Positions 51,068 through 61,454 of a stretch of DNA of 64,000 nucleotides are shown here, one piece after another. The notes under the pieces are model-generated. The model made no database searches. It saw nothing but the letters and a program-made list of their open reading frames with translations, and was not told the origin of the DNA. The stretch covers positions 32,001-96,000 of the forward strand of contig JBDRCO010000113.1 in NCBI GenBank assembly GCA_043821645.1. Direction: 5' to 3'. The stretch comes from Pseudomonadota bacterium. Lineage in GTDB: Bacteria > Myxococcota > JACRCW01 > JAFGSX01. The translations under genes and the position numbers were made by a program. Each line of letters begins with the position of its first letter. Within the stretch, counting starts at the first letter, position 1.

Positions 51068-52924
51068 CTATTTTGGGGTCACGGACAGGTCTATCAGCAG
51101 AGAATAATCATCCTTGAACCTGACTGGATATTGTTTTTCCAGCTCACCGATCAGGTCTCGAAATCGACAATTGTTTTCGGCCAGAACGCGAGTTCTATCG
51201 TTGTAGGGAGTGCCGCGGTAGTGCAATCTCTTGGCAATTGTCTTCATGCCTCGCCCGTATTTCGCTTCATCCGAGTACGAGTACAATAAATAGTCTATGT
51301 GTTGCTGGCGCAGGTAGCTCGCGAGTTCTTCTGCTGTCCCCTTGAGCGGCATGCCAGGAGGAGGGCTCGCGCTGCCCGCGTGATCCACAACCACGATGAC
51401 GTTGCGCTTGAAATCTAGCAAATATGGGTGTGATAAAACAGCCATGATGGTGGCTCCTGCCGGAGTCGCCTGTTGTCCTCTTCGTACGGTTTCGGGCTGC
51501 ACTTCAAACGCCGCGCTGTTTTTCGTGATCTTCTTGATCGAATCGACTCTTTTTTCCATGACCGATGGGATATCTGGCCACAGCAGCCCGGTATAAAACG
51601 CGAGCGATACCCAACCCATCCAGGCACCAAAAGGTCGACGACACGCCATCGTCTCGACGACCAGGTACGTCACAACGGCAAAGATCATGGGGTAAGTATA
51701 ACGAGGGATGTTGAGCGTAAGAAAAGACAGCAGCAAGGAACCAAGGACACCAGCGACAAAGGCTATGACCGCAACGGGGTTCACCGACAGACTGCGTCTT
51801 TTGAAGAATATGAGTAACAGCAGAAGCATGCCAGTCAGGGTGAAAGGCTGAGCCAAGACATCGACAAGTGCCTTTTTTGTGTAGCTCCAGCTGATATCCT
51901 GAGCCCTTATCGAAAGCGCCGCAGCTCCTTGTTGCCAACTCGTTTGCGTTCCGTGGCCAAGGAGTGGAAACAGCAGGGTGTCGCTGCTTTGATACATCGC
52001 CAGCATCCAGGGCAGGAGCAGCAATAATCCGACACCGGCCACCCTGAGGCCACAATGGATTCGCTGCAAAAAAGGCAGGCGCTTGTCTAAAAAAAATACT
52101 GCGATCGCCAGGATCCCAAGTCCTTCAATGACCGTGGTCTTGAGAGAACAAAGCGCGGCCACAACGATACCTGTCTTGACAACTTCGATCGTCTTTTGGT
52201 GCAGCTTCGGTGTCGAGAACCGGCACAAGAAAAGGTAATACAATGCCAAGGACGTGATCAAACTGGTCAGGTTTGTTGCTGGCGGCTGATGCAGGTGCCA
52301 GAGCATGAGCACCAACACCAGGGCAATATTGGGCACTTTGCGTCGATATCCATGGTTCATCACAAGCAGGACAAAAACCATCCAGCCGACGGTCGCATCC
52401 ATCGTGCGCAGCTGTGTCGCGGGAACAAGGGTCAACATGATGGCGTTGAGAAAATCCTGTCCACCAAGAACGCCGAGACGACGTTCATTGAACGGGTCGT
52501 CACCCATGTGTCCCGTGGCCAGCATCCGGTGCGGAAAGACAAGATAACCCTGACAGTCGTCATGAGGATTCAGGACGGGAAGAGTGCCGTACAGCATGCT
52601 CAATACAAGCAATGGCCCGAGAAGAAGGAACGCATATTTTCGCCTGCACAAGAACAGCGCGAAATATTTTTTGAGTTTTTTTCTTTTACGGACCAGAAAA
52701 TAAATCCAGGTACCCAGGCCCGATAGCAGGAGAATCCAGATGCCAAGGACCGATATCAGGTGCACAAAATTGAGTATCCCTCCGATGACACAGGCCAGCG
52801 CCATGCCAAATGCAGCTGCCGATGCGAAATCGTCACGCGCTGTGTGCAGCGAGACAAGGTGCCCCAGCCCGACGAAGGACAGGTAGACCAAAATGCTCGC
52901 GAGTCCGGCCCACACCAGTAACAT
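51068..52924 (-). CDS. Polytopic membrane protein, possibly GT-C-type glycosyltransferase; atypical base composition
   Basis: More than 10 hydrophobic segments; loop motif NPHDD..YL..P; soluble C-terminal domain; visibly more AT-rich than its flanks. Confidence 0.75.
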   Translation of the reverse strand: MLLVWAGLASILVYLSFVGLGHLVSLHTARDDFASAAAFGMALACVIGGILNFVHLISVLGIWILLLSGLGTWIYFLVRKRKKLKKYFALFLCRRKYAFLLLGPLLVLSMLYGTLPVLNPHDDCQGYLVFPHRMLATGHMGDDPFNERRLGVLGGQDFLNAIMLTLVPATQLRTMDATVGWMVFVLLVMNHGYRRKVPNIALVLVLMLWHLHQPPATNLTSLITSLALYYLFLCRFSTPKLHQKTIEVVKTGIVVAALCSLKTTVIEGLGILAIAVFFLDKRLPFLQRIHCGLRVAGVGLLLLLPWMLAMYQSSDTLLFPLLGHGTQTSWQQGAAALSIRAQDISWSYTKKALVDVLAQPFTLTGMLLLLLIFFKRRSLSVNPVAVIAFVAGVLGSLLLSFLTLNIPRYTYPMIFAVVTYLVVETMACRRPFGAWMGWVSLAFYTGLLWPDIPSVMEKRVDSIKKITKNSAAFEVQPETVRRGQQATPAGATIMAVLSHPYLLDFKRNVIVVVDHAGSASPPPGMPLKGTAEELASYLRQQHIDYLLYSYSDEAKYGRGMKTIAKRLHYRGTPYNDRTRVLAENNCRFRDLIGELEKQYPVRFKDDYSLLIDLSVTPK

Positions 52925-53162
52925 GTCGTTCCACCAGGAAAGAACGAAAGGCCTCGGGTGTGTCCGTATCTACCAGAATTTCAAGTGCGTTGACCAAAAT
53001 TTTCAATCAAACAAACTGGTGAGAGGTGGTCTCATCAGGTCAGCTTGTCTTGGTACATGTTTGGGGGGTACCTGTTCTTGGAGTCCTGTGGATGCTGGAT
53101 GGGGTGTTTCAGAGCCCGACCTTTGTCTAGAATAATAGCGTGGCCGGCGCGGAGAACACTCG

Positions 53163-54317
53163 ATGAGTCAGCTCCATTACATGTTCCACACCCTGTTTGA
53201 CGTCGCCAGACAAGAGGGCACGGTGTTGCTGGGGCAGGTCCAGAAGGTCGAGCCACAGTCGCGCACCCTCGCGATCCGCGTCACCCGGCGCTGGCCCGCC
53301 AAACAGGAATCAAGCGCGATCTACCCCGACGGCTCTCCGACCAGGGCAAAGGTCGGCACGGTCTTCGAAAGCCAGCTGTACGGCGGTGTGGAGTGGACCG
53401 ACCCCGACGAGTCGCCGATAGAGATGCGTCTGGCGGGATATGCCACCGCTTCGGACTTCGCCATCGGCAACGACGTCCTGCTGGTAGCGAGCATGACCGT
53501 CGACGCCATGGCAGCCACCACGCGCAATATTCAGTTGGTGGAGATGGCCTTCGACGCCGACAAGCTCAGAGCCTATCTCGAGTCGGCATCGAGTCCGCAG
53601 CTCATCGCGGATCTGAGTTGCCCGCACATGCAGAAGGCAGCCCTCCAATTCCTGGAGCGCTCAGGTCGGCTCACCGCTGGTGACGTGCTCGCGGCTTTTG
53701 ACGGCACCGAGCTCCGGACTCTGATCGAGGACCTGTACGAAGCCTGGAGCTATCCGCAACAGGCCAGGTTCATGACCCAGGCTCTGAAGTATTTTGAGAC
53801 CAGTGCCCGACGTCCCTGGGGTGATCGATTGGCTCTGATCTGCAAGAAGGCTTGCGACATGGTGTGGGACTGCCAGGGGCATCGGGACAAGAAGACGTGG
53901 GAGGCCCTCGGCGCTCTGTGCGCACTGCTCGATCCCAGACACAAGGAAGAAGCCGACGCCATGTACTCGATGGACTTCCGGATGCGGAAGCTGGCGGAAG
54001 ACGATGCGCGCACGCTTCCCCTGTCGACCTTCAACGCCCTGACTGCCAGCTACCTCTTGTTCGAATACAGTGACACCGGCAGCTTCGCCTACTACCTCAG
54101 CCCGCAGCTGAAGACCATGACGCCCGCGGACAGAGCGGCGTTCCTCGAGCTTCTCAGCGCCGAGATCGAACGCGAGAAAAAAGACCCTCGCCCCCGTCTG
54201 CGAAAATTGGACAAGGAGCTCTACGAGGTTCTGACTGAGGCGTTCAGGGGGCTGAGCAGCCCCGAGGTGAATGCGAGCCTGGCCACGATCGCAGGGCAGC
54301 TTGGCACGCGTTCCTAG
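53163..54317 (+). CDS. Hypothetical protein
   Basis: GGAG RBS; 384-aa ORF with a helical-looking C-terminus; no motif recognised. Confidence 0.78.
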   Translation: MSQLHYMFHTLFDVARQEGTVLLGQVQKVEPQSRTLAIRVTRRWPAKQESSAIYPDGSPTRAKVGTVFESQLYGGVEWTDPDESPIEMRLAGYATASDFAIGNDVLLVASMTVDAMAATTRNIQLVEMAFDADKLRAYLESASSPQLIADLSCPHMQKAALQFLERSGRLTAGDVLAAFDGTELRTLIEDLYEAWSYPQQARFMTQALKYFETSARRPWGDRLALICKKACDMVWDCQGHRDKKTWEALGALCALLDPRHKEEADAMYSMDFRMRKLAEDDARTLPLSTFNALTASYLLFEYSDTGSFAYYLSPQLKTMTPADRAAFLELLSAEIEREKKDPRPRLRKLDKELYEVLTEAFRGLSSPEVNASLATIAGQLGTRS

Positions 54318-54772
54318 CGCGCCCCCACAGCCGCGAACAAGCCCCAAAGCAGGTGCCCGTAGAGTCCTGCTGCGACCTCTGGTTTGGGGTCAGCGGCCCA
54401 GCTGGCTGTTATGGCCGGGGGGGGAATTCGTGCCGCATCTGTCAAGGCCTGTGGGCCCGCGGGCTCGGTCAAATACCCTGGAGGATGTGCCTCGTGAGCG
54501 CGGTGGGCAGCATGAGAGGGTCGCCAGGTGTCTCGGTTGGGGTCGCCGGGTGACCCCTCGTGGTCTGCCATCGGCCACATGGTGCGCTCCCCTTCCTTGC
54601 TGCAATGGCCTGTGCTGTGAAGCTGGAGGGACAGAGCCGACGCGGTCCCCCCCCCTCGTCACCCCGAGAGAACCAGGGGTCATCGGCGTTTCCAAATTTC
54701 GAACCAGCGGAGATAATCTATGCCTCACCCACACGCGTTGGCCGCGTGCCGGCAAGCGAAGGGATCTCGAAC

Positions 54773-55648
54773 ATGAGTCAGGCCACGTTCTCCAGGGGGA
54801 TGGTGATGGTGCTGGCGTTTGCGCTGAGCTCCTGCGCTCACCAGACCACGATCCGGGTCAAGCAGAAGGGTGCCGAGATCCAGGTCGACGGAAAGGCCCT
54901 GGGTCAGGACGAGGTGGTCGCCGAACTCGAGCAGGGCCTGGGCGGCGAGCACTCCATCGTGGTCACGCATCCGCAGCACGGTGAGATGGCCCTGACCGTG
55001 CCCCGCGAGCACATCAACCAGGGCAACCTCTGGGGCGGCATTGGCGGCTGCGTGGGAGGTGGTCTGGTGGGCAGCGGCGGCATGCTGGGGCTCGCGGCGC
55101 TGTCTGCGCTGCCGGCGGCCCTGGGCATCCCCTGTGGCCTCCCCTTCACGGGTCTGTGCGCCTGCGCGTCGCCGGTCGTGGGCGTGTGCACGGGCCTGCC
55201 CTTCTTGACCTTGCTGTTGTGGATGAACCAGGGCCCTGACGAGATCGACATCGACATGGTCACCAAGGAGGTCGTGGCCACGCCTGTGACCGCGATCGTG
55301 GTGCCCGGGGCCGAGGACGAGGAGGTGGAATCGTCCGCTGGCGGCGCGAACGAGCCGCTCAAGGCCGAGCCGGGCCAGGAGCTGATGACGGTCGACGCCA
55401 ACCTCCAGCGCGGTGCCGAATCTGTGGGTGGCAAGCTGACGGTGACCAGCACCGAGCTGATCTTCCGGTCACACGATTTCAACGTGCAAAAGGGCGAGAC
55501 CCGGATCGCGCTGGCCGACGTCCGCACGACCGAGAAGTTCGGCCTCATCCCCAACGGCCTGAAGGTGATCACGCACAGCGGCAAAAAGTACGAGTTCCGC
55601 GTCAACGACCGCGACAAGATCATCGCGCTGATCAACAAGCACAAGTAG
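54773..55648 (+). CDS. Lipoprotein with Gly/Cys-rich hydrophobic segment and C-terminal GRAM/PH-like domain
   Basis: ALSSC lipobox; C-terminal ANLQRGAESVGGKL.VT...LIF.SHDFN...IPNGLKV...YEF.V. Confidence 0.78.
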   Translation: MSQATFSRGMVMVLAFALSSCAHQTTIRVKQKGAEIQVDGKALGQDEVVAELEQGLGGEHSIVVTHPQHGEMALTVPREHINQGNLWGGIGGCVGGGLVGSGGMLGLAALSALPAALGIPCGLPFTGLCACASPVVGVCTGLPFLTLLLWMNQGPDEIDIDMVTKEVVATPVTAIVVPGAEDEEVESSAGGANEPLKAEPGQELMTVDANLQRGAESVGGKLTVTSTELIFRSHDFNVQKGETRIALADVRTTEKFGLIPNGLKVITHSGKKYEFRVNDRDKIIALINKHK

Positions 55649-56076
55649 CTGCGCCACAGATGCGCCCACAGTGCGGGGTGCCAGGCACCTGTCGGGGTTC
55701 TCATTTATCAGTTTCTAGCTCCCGGCTGGGGCGCTGCGGGCCCGAGAGACTCCGGCAGAGGCGTCGGATACCCGAGCACCCTTTTCAACAGGAATGCTGC
55801 AACCACGAAGAAACACACCCCCTGGACACTCCTGCCGATGGCCGGCGATGAAGTGAGGACGGAGGCCGTCATGACGCCGCCATGCTCGGTGAAGACCCAG
55901 GGCGCTTATTTTCAGTGAGACCCGCGCCCGGTTTTGGGTCACATTCTGCGAGATTGAAGAGATCCAGCCGTCGCCATCGAGAACGAAGAGGCGGGGTCCT
56001 GGAGGACCCTTGCCGCACTGTGCCGAACCTGTCCCTCGCTGATCTGGGGCATGGCATGCAGGTGGCACCACAGCCC

Positions 56077-56125
56077 AAAACGACACAGGCCGCGTCAGCA
56101 ACTACCGACGCGGCCTGCTCTTTTT
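56077..56125. terminator. Intrinsic terminator downstream of the tRNA (probably bidirectional)
   Basis: Perfect 11-bp stem CAGGCCGCGTC (56086-56096) / GACGCGGCCTG (56107-56117) with A-run and T-run flanks. Confidence 0.8.
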
Positions 56126-56128
56126 CGT

Positions 56129-56200
56129 TGGGCGATACTGGGTTTGAACCAGTGGCTTCCACCGTGTGAAGATGGCACTCTACCGCTGAGTTAATCGCCC
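56129..56200 (-). tRNA. tRNA-Val(CAC)
   Basis: Reverse complement GGGCGATTAACTCAGCGGTAGAGTGCCATCTTCACACGGTGGAAGCCACTGGTTCAAACCCAGTATCGCCCA folds as a cloverleaf with anticodon CAC and a GGTTCAAA T-arm; CCA not encoded. Confidence 0.96.
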
Positions 56201-56235
56201 TCTGAATACCTCATCCGTGCAAGCACGGGGGCTGT

Positions 56236-56264
56236 GTTTAACAGCCCTGCACCCATCCTGGCAA
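56236..56264 (-). promoter_or_regulatory. Putative sigma70 promoter of the tRNA
   Basis: Minus strand TTGCCA-17 bp-TTAAAC followed by a GC-rich discriminator. Confidence 0.5.
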
Positions 56265-56286
56265 GCAAGATCAAGCAGGCCAGATA

Positions 56287-57903
56287 TCACACCCTGACCA
56301 TGTCATCCGAGGTCGCCGGAGCCGTCCCGAGCAGCTCCACATTGGTCGCGGCGCGAGCGTCGGACAGCGCGAGGACCTTCTCGAGGATCTGCGGGTAGGT
56401 CACGATGACCTCGTTGAAGCTCTTGGCCGGCAGGCGGAGCACGATACAGGTCCCTTGGGTGGTGATGGACGCGGACACGGGCGAGCGCTCGAGCAGGGAC
56501 ATCTCGCCGAACACATCCCCCGCACCGAGCTCGGCCAGCACCACACGCCGGCCGTCGAGGTGGCGCGACACCTCGCAGCGTCCGCTGAGGAGAACGTACA
56601 GACCATCGCCCTTTTGACCCTCGCTCAGGATCTCGGTGCCGGGGGCGATCTCGCGGCTTTTGAACTTCTCGATGAGCTGCTTGCGCTGCTCGCGACCAAA
56701 GGGGGCGAACACGGGCGAGGTGCTCAGCAGGTTGGCGAGCAAGCGCTGCTTGTGAAAGCGCGCCATCACCTGCTTCACGCTCGGGTGCTCCGCGATCACC
56801 GCCTGCAGGGTATCGCGGGAGAGCTCGAGGAGTTCGACCGCCCCATCGCCGATGACGCTGGCCGCTCGCCGGCCGTCACCGAGCAGGGCCATCTCACCAA
56901 AGAACGAACCCTCGCCGAGCCGGGCCAGCTCGATCTCGCTCCCGCCATCGCCGTCGTGAACGACCCGCACCGCCCCCGAGGCAATGATGAAGCAGGCGTC
57001 ACCCACCTCGCCCTGGCGCACCACGATCTCGCCGGGCTCGAGATGGCGGAGCGCCAGCCGCTCGAGCAGGCCCACGAACGCAGCCTTGGACAGGTCGGAG
57101 AACAGAGGGATGGGCGGCAGCTCGGCCAGATCCACCGTCTGCGGCTCGGGCGGAGGCATGGGTGCGCCGGTCACCAGCTCGAGCTCGATCTCCTCACCCT
57201 CGATGACGTCGTCGGCGAAGGAAATGGCGTCGTCGCCCGGCGTGGCAGCGGCGGACGCTGGCGCTGCCACCGTGGGCAAGGGTTCGAGGTCGAGTTCGAT
57301 GGCCCCATCATCGGTCCTGGATGCCGGGGTGACACCGCCAAAACCCATGTCGATGCCGATGCCGGCCATGGCCGTACTGGCGTCGACGGTGGGACCGCTG
57401 TCCTCGAGTGTGCCCTGCACGGCGGGGAGGGGCTCGACACTGGGATCGACGTTGCGAGCACCGGCAAAGGCCGCGATGGCCGCGGAGGAAACACCGCGCA
57501 GAGCGCTCGTCGTGGTCCTGGGCAGGGTCCCGGTGATCGCCGCCGCCATGGTCGCGGGAATCTCGGCCTGGGTCGAGGTGCCCCGCTTGCGGCCGTAGAG
57601 TTCGGCGAGGATGCGCTGGGTCTCGGTGTGATCCTTGTCGATCTGCAAGATCACCTTGCACACGGCGATGGCTTTGAGCAGCAGACCATCGGCGGCGTAG
57701 GCCCCGGCGACGGCCTGGTAGGCCTCGATGGCCTTGGCGTTGTGGCCGAGCTTGCGGTACAGGTCGCCACAGCGCTGCCTCGACGGCAGGTCCTGGGGCT
57801 CCAGCCGCACCACCTCGGCGAGGTACTCCAGCGCCTTCTCGACGCGACCCTTGGCCATCATCTGTGCCGCCGCGTCTTTGAGCTTGCGAACCTTGTCTGC
57901 CAT
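56287..57903 (-). CDS. TPR plus tandem cyclic-nucleotide-binding domain protein
   Basis: N-terminal TPR-like helices (KAIAVCKVILQID), acidic linker, two cNMP domains (FFGEMALL...RAASV; VFGEMSLL...VSASI). Confidence 0.9.
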   Translation of the reverse strand: MADKVRKLKDAAAQMMAKGRVEKALEYLAEVVRLEPQDLPSRQRCGDLYRKLGHNAKAIEAYQAVAGAYAADGLLLKAIAVCKVILQIDKDHTETQRILAELYGRKRGTSTQAEIPATMAAAITGTLPRTTTSALRGVSSAAIAAFAGARNVDPSVEPLPAVQGTLEDSGPTVDASTAMAGIGIDMGFGGVTPASRTDDGAIELDLEPLPTVAAPASAAATPGDDAISFADDVIEGEEIELELVTGAPMPPPEPQTVDLAELPPIPLFSDLSKAAFVGLLERLALRHLEPGEIVVRQGEVGDACFIIASGAVRVVHDGDGGSEIELARLGEGSFFGEMALLGDGRRAASVIGDGAVELLELSRDTLQAVIAEHPSVKQVMARFHKQRLLANLLSTSPVFAPFGREQRKQLIEKFKSREIAPGTEILSEGQKGDGLYVLLSGRCEVSRHLDGRRVVLAELGAGDVFGEMSLLERSPVSASITTQGTCIVLRLPAKSFNEVIVTYPQILEKVLALSDARAATNVELLGTAPATSDDMVRV

Positions 57904-58047
57904 GTCGTTGTTCTTTCGCTGGGCGCGTGAAGCCCTGCCCGCCGGCAGCACCCTCCTTGGGGTATGCCGGCAACCCACCCCGCGTCGAGGGGCTTCCGTC
58001 GTGGCCGTGCAACCCTGCGTTGCCAGCCTCGGTCGCTTGAGGGTAGG

Positions 58048-59379
58048 ATGCCGCCCTCATTGATAGGAAAACGCGTGACGACCTCGAAGACCACCTTTTT
58101 TTTCTTTTTGGCGACGCTGCTGCTCGGTGCCTGCGCGCGGGAGTACATCGGCGACGATCCTCCCCTCGATCGCCTGCACTTCCCCATCGGCATCGCGGTG
58201 AGTCCGACCGAGCGCACGGCGCTGGTTGTCAGCTCGAATTTTGACCTTGGCTTCAACCGCGGCGCGGTGCTCAGCATCGACCTCGGAGCGGTGGATGCCC
58301 GGCTGGACGCCGCCACGGCCCCACTCGCGGATGCCATCACCGACGTGTTCTCGGGCGCTGCCTTCTTGCCGTCGTTTGCTGGCCAGGTGCGCTTTGACGA
58401 CAGCGGTCGACACGCCTTCGTCCCCAACCGCGCCGAGGCCAGCCTGCTCGAACTGGAGCTCGGCACTCCTCAGCAAGCACGAGCCTTGAGCTGCGGTGAT
58501 CGCGGTGAGGTGCCCCAGGACTGCACCGCCGGCGACCACGTGCTGCAGCTCACCGCCGCCGACCCCTATGCGATCGAGGTGCAAAGCCGCAGCGACGGCG
58601 CGCGCATCTACGTGGGGGGGCTCGACGGTGGCGAGGTCAACGGGGTGGACGCCGACTTCACCGTCAGCGGCGAGCGTCGCCTCACCCTGCCTGTGGTGGT
58701 GGACAGCGAGCTGCAGCGGGCCAGCGGTCTGGCGCGGCTCCCGGCGTCGGGCCTGGCCCCCGAGTACCTGCTCATCGCCGGGGAACTGCGCCCAGCGAGC
58801 TCAGATCCTCGCCCCGCGGGCGCCTACCTGCGCCTGTTCTCCACCGGCCTGGCGTCGTCCCAGAATCTCGGCGCGGTTCCTCTGGTGAGCGCGAACCAGG
58901 CTGCGGATGCACGAGGTGTGGTCGTCACTGCGGATGGCACGCGGGCCTTCGTGCTTCAGCGCGGTCCGGATTCCGTGGCCGCGGTGGATCTGACCCCGGG
59001 TGTCGGTGGGCTCCCCAGGTTCAGGACCGTGGCCGTGCAGAGCGTTGGCCGCAAACCCGTGGCCATCGCGCTCGATGCCAGCGCCCCGGGCGCGGCCCAG
59101 ATCCTCGTCGCCTGCTTCGAGGAGAAGAGTCTGTATGCCCTCGATGCCAGGACCTTGCAGATCGTCGCGGTGATCCCGGATCTCGATGGCAGCCCTGCGG
59201 ACCTCGCGGTGGACGGCGCCAGCGCACGCGCCTACGTGACGCTTTTCGACCGCGACGTGGTCGCCGTGATCTCCCTGGACAGGCCCGAGCACCCTGGCCT
59301 CACCGTGCAGGCCTGGCTCGGAACGCCCCGCCCGACGCCCGATCCCAGCTGGACCCTGGACAACCTGTCGCCGCTGTAG
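58048..59379 (+). CDS. Beta-propeller (YncE-like) lipoprotein
   Basis: LLGAC lipobox; HFPIGIAVSP, SSNFDL.FN.G, VGRKPVAIA, SPADLAVD blades. Confidence 0.8.
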   Translation: MPPSLIGKRVTTSKTTFFFFLATLLLGACAREYIGDDPPLDRLHFPIGIAVSPTERTALVVSSNFDLGFNRGAVLSIDLGAVDARLDAATAPLADAITDVFSGAAFLPSFAGQVRFDDSGRHAFVPNRAEASLLELELGTPQQARALSCGDRGEVPQDCTAGDHVLQLTAADPYAIEVQSRSDGARIYVGGLDGGEVNGVDADFTVSGERRLTLPVVVDSELQRASGLARLPASGLAPEYLLIAGELRPASSDPRPAGAYLRLFSTGLASSQNLGAVPLVSANQAADARGVVVTADGTRAFVLQRGPDSVAAVDLTPGVGGLPRFRTVAVQSVGRKPVAIALDASAPGAAQILVACFEEKSLYALDARTLQIVAVIPDLDGSPADLAVDGASARAYVTLFDRDVVAVISLDRPEHPGLTVQAWLGTPRPTPDPSWTLDNLSPL

Positions 59380-59413
59380 CCCCGCGGTGAGGACGGTCTC
59401 GAGGATGAGAGAG

Positions 59414-61279
59414 ATGAGCATGCGCGTGGCGAACCCGATTCGAAGTGAGCGCCACGTGCGGCTCGCCGCGGCCCTTGGCCTGATGCTATTTGTGGGTGGA
59501 TCCTTCTGCCCTGAAGCCCAGCAGGCGGGGAGCGGAAACCTGGACCGGCCACAGGGCGTCGCGGTTTTTTCCGTCGACAATGCCCCCTACGCCTTGCTGC
59601 CCATGCCCCAGCAGCACCACCTGCGCGTGTTCAGCTTGACCTCCCGCATCTTCGTGCCGGCGCCCAACCTGTATTTCCCGCTGTCCGTGCCCGTGGGACC
59701 CTACAGCGCGCGCATGGCCGTCGACGCGGCACACCGCCTGGCCTGGGTGCTGGACAGCGCCGATGGGTCGCTGCGTGCCCTGAGCCTGGGTGTGGCCGCA
59801 GACCCAGCCGCCTTCGCCCGAGTGGGGCAGGCCATCCCCGTCGGCCTGGCGCCCTCGGGTGTGGCCGTGGACCCCCTGGCTGCGAAGCCACGGCTGTGGG
59901 TGAGCAGTGCGCGCACCGCGGAGGTGCTCGAGCTGACCACCGATGACGCAGCGCGCGCCGTGGAGCTGGTGACCAGCTGGCCGGTGGGTGTGCAACCCTC
60001 GGACCTGGGCTACGACGCGAGCTCGAGCCAGCTCGTGATTGCGGATGCGGCGAGTTCTGCCGTGACCCTGCTACAGCCGGAGACCGGGGCCGTGCGCGCG
60101 ATCGAGGTGGGCGGCGCCACGGCCCGGGTCAAGCTGGGCCACGCCTACCTGGCGGCGGAGGCTCCGGATGCCACCGTGGCGCTGGTGCTGCGTCTGGATG
60201 CACCCGAGATCGCACTGCTGCGCCCGGACCAGGACCCGCCGCTGTGGGCCCGCGTCGAACTCCCCGATATCCCGGTCGACGCCGAGTTCTTTGGATCGTC
60301 CAGCGCCGGCGATGCCAGCTGTGCGGGCCTCGATCGCACCGAGGCCTGTGGCGCAGCGGCCATCCTGACGCAGAAGGGGCTGATCTATTACATCGAACTC
60401 GACGCGGTGGATGCCGCAGGGCGTCTGGTACCGCGCCTGATCGACGAGGACGTGGATCTCCCGGACCTGTCCGCAGATCCCAACCTCGAACCCTCGCTGT
60501 ACGACCCCGCGAGCGACGCCCCCGATGCGCTGGCGAGGCGGCCCATCGTCACCACCGCCGTCGTCGAAGACGCGGGGACGCCGCCGCTGGTCCAGCAGTC
60601 CGGCACTGCGACCCTGCTGTTCACCTACCAGGGTATCCTGGCGCCTGTGCGCGATCGTCTGGGCCGCTACGAGCCGGATCTCGAACGTCTGGTGGACGTC
60701 GATGCCGAGCAGCGCGGAGTGGACCTGGCAAGCGTCCACGTCCGAGTGGGCGACCTGGTCGAGATCGCGGAGCAGTCGGGCTGCCCGACGATGCTGCGCC
60801 TCCCCGTGGTGCAGGTCAGCGGCGCGGCACTGGTCGTGGCACCTGCGGGAGGTGATCCGGATTGCCTGCGGCGAAGCGGCGGCGTCCGCTTCAGCGTGCG
60901 CGCCGGTGCCTCGTTCACCGTGGCCAGCGCCCGCGAGGACGCAGCGCAGAGCATCCTCGGCCGGGTGGACCCCGAGGAGGCCTACAACGCCCGGGTGGTC
61001 ACCCTCACGCTGTCCCTGGCCGCTGCCGGCGCCCCCGCGACCAGCGCGGTGATCGCAGTACCGGTGCGCGACAACTTCTCACCGCGCGCCGTGGACCTGG
61101 GGCTGAGCGGTACGCTGCCCACGGGTCTGGCGCTGTCCATGGTCGGCCCCAGCGAGGCGCGCGTGCCACGGCTGCTGGTCACGGCGGCCGGTGGTTCCTC
61201 GCTGTTCCTGCTCGCGCCTGGTATCCAGGGTTACGTCGGCCAGGACATCCTGGCCACCGGTGCCGAACGCTTCGAGTAG
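59414..61279 (+). CDS. Secreted beta-propeller (YncE-like) protein
   Basis: Hydrophobic N-terminus; repeated (V/I)PVG..PS.(V/L)A blades; follows the previous propeller gene. Confidence 0.78.
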   Translation: MSMRVANPIRSERHVRLAAALGLMLFVGGSFCPEAQQAGSGNLDRPQGVAVFSVDNAPYALLPMPQQHHLRVFSLTSRIFVPAPNLYFPLSVPVGPYSARMAVDAAHRLAWVLDSADGSLRALSLGVAADPAAFARVGQAIPVGLAPSGVAVDPLAAKPRLWVSSARTAEVLELTTDDAARAVELVTSWPVGVQPSDLGYDASSSQLVIADAASSAVTLLQPETGAVRAIEVGGATARVKLGHAYLAAEAPDATVALVLRLDAPEIALLRPDQDPPLWARVELPDIPVDAEFFGSSSAGDASCAGLDRTEACGAAAILTQKGLIYYIELDAVDAAGRLVPRLIDEDVDLPDLSADPNLEPSLYDPASDAPDALARRPIVTTAVVEDAGTPPLVQQSGTATLLFTYQGILAPVRDRLGRYEPDLERLVDVDAEQRGVDLASVHVRVGDLVEIAEQSGCPTMLRLPVVQVSGAALVVAPAGGDPDCLRRSGGVRFSVRAGASFTVASAREDAAQSILGRVDPEEAYNARVVTLTLSLAAAGAPATSAVIAVPVRDNFSPRAVDLGLSGTLPTGLALSMVGPSEARVPRLLVTAAGGSSLFLLAPGIQGYVGQDILATGAERFE

Positions 61280-61454
61280 CGCGCTCCACACTCCCGACCG
61301 CCTTCTGCACCCGCAGCGCAGCCTCATCCCAGATCGTGGTGAGGGATCCTGTTGTGGGGGGGCCCAGGCGACACGTTTTTAGGCTCGCGGGGACACGACG
61401 CGTCGGAGGTGAAGGCGAGGCCCCACAGACGGGTCAAGTGCGCAGGATTCCGCC

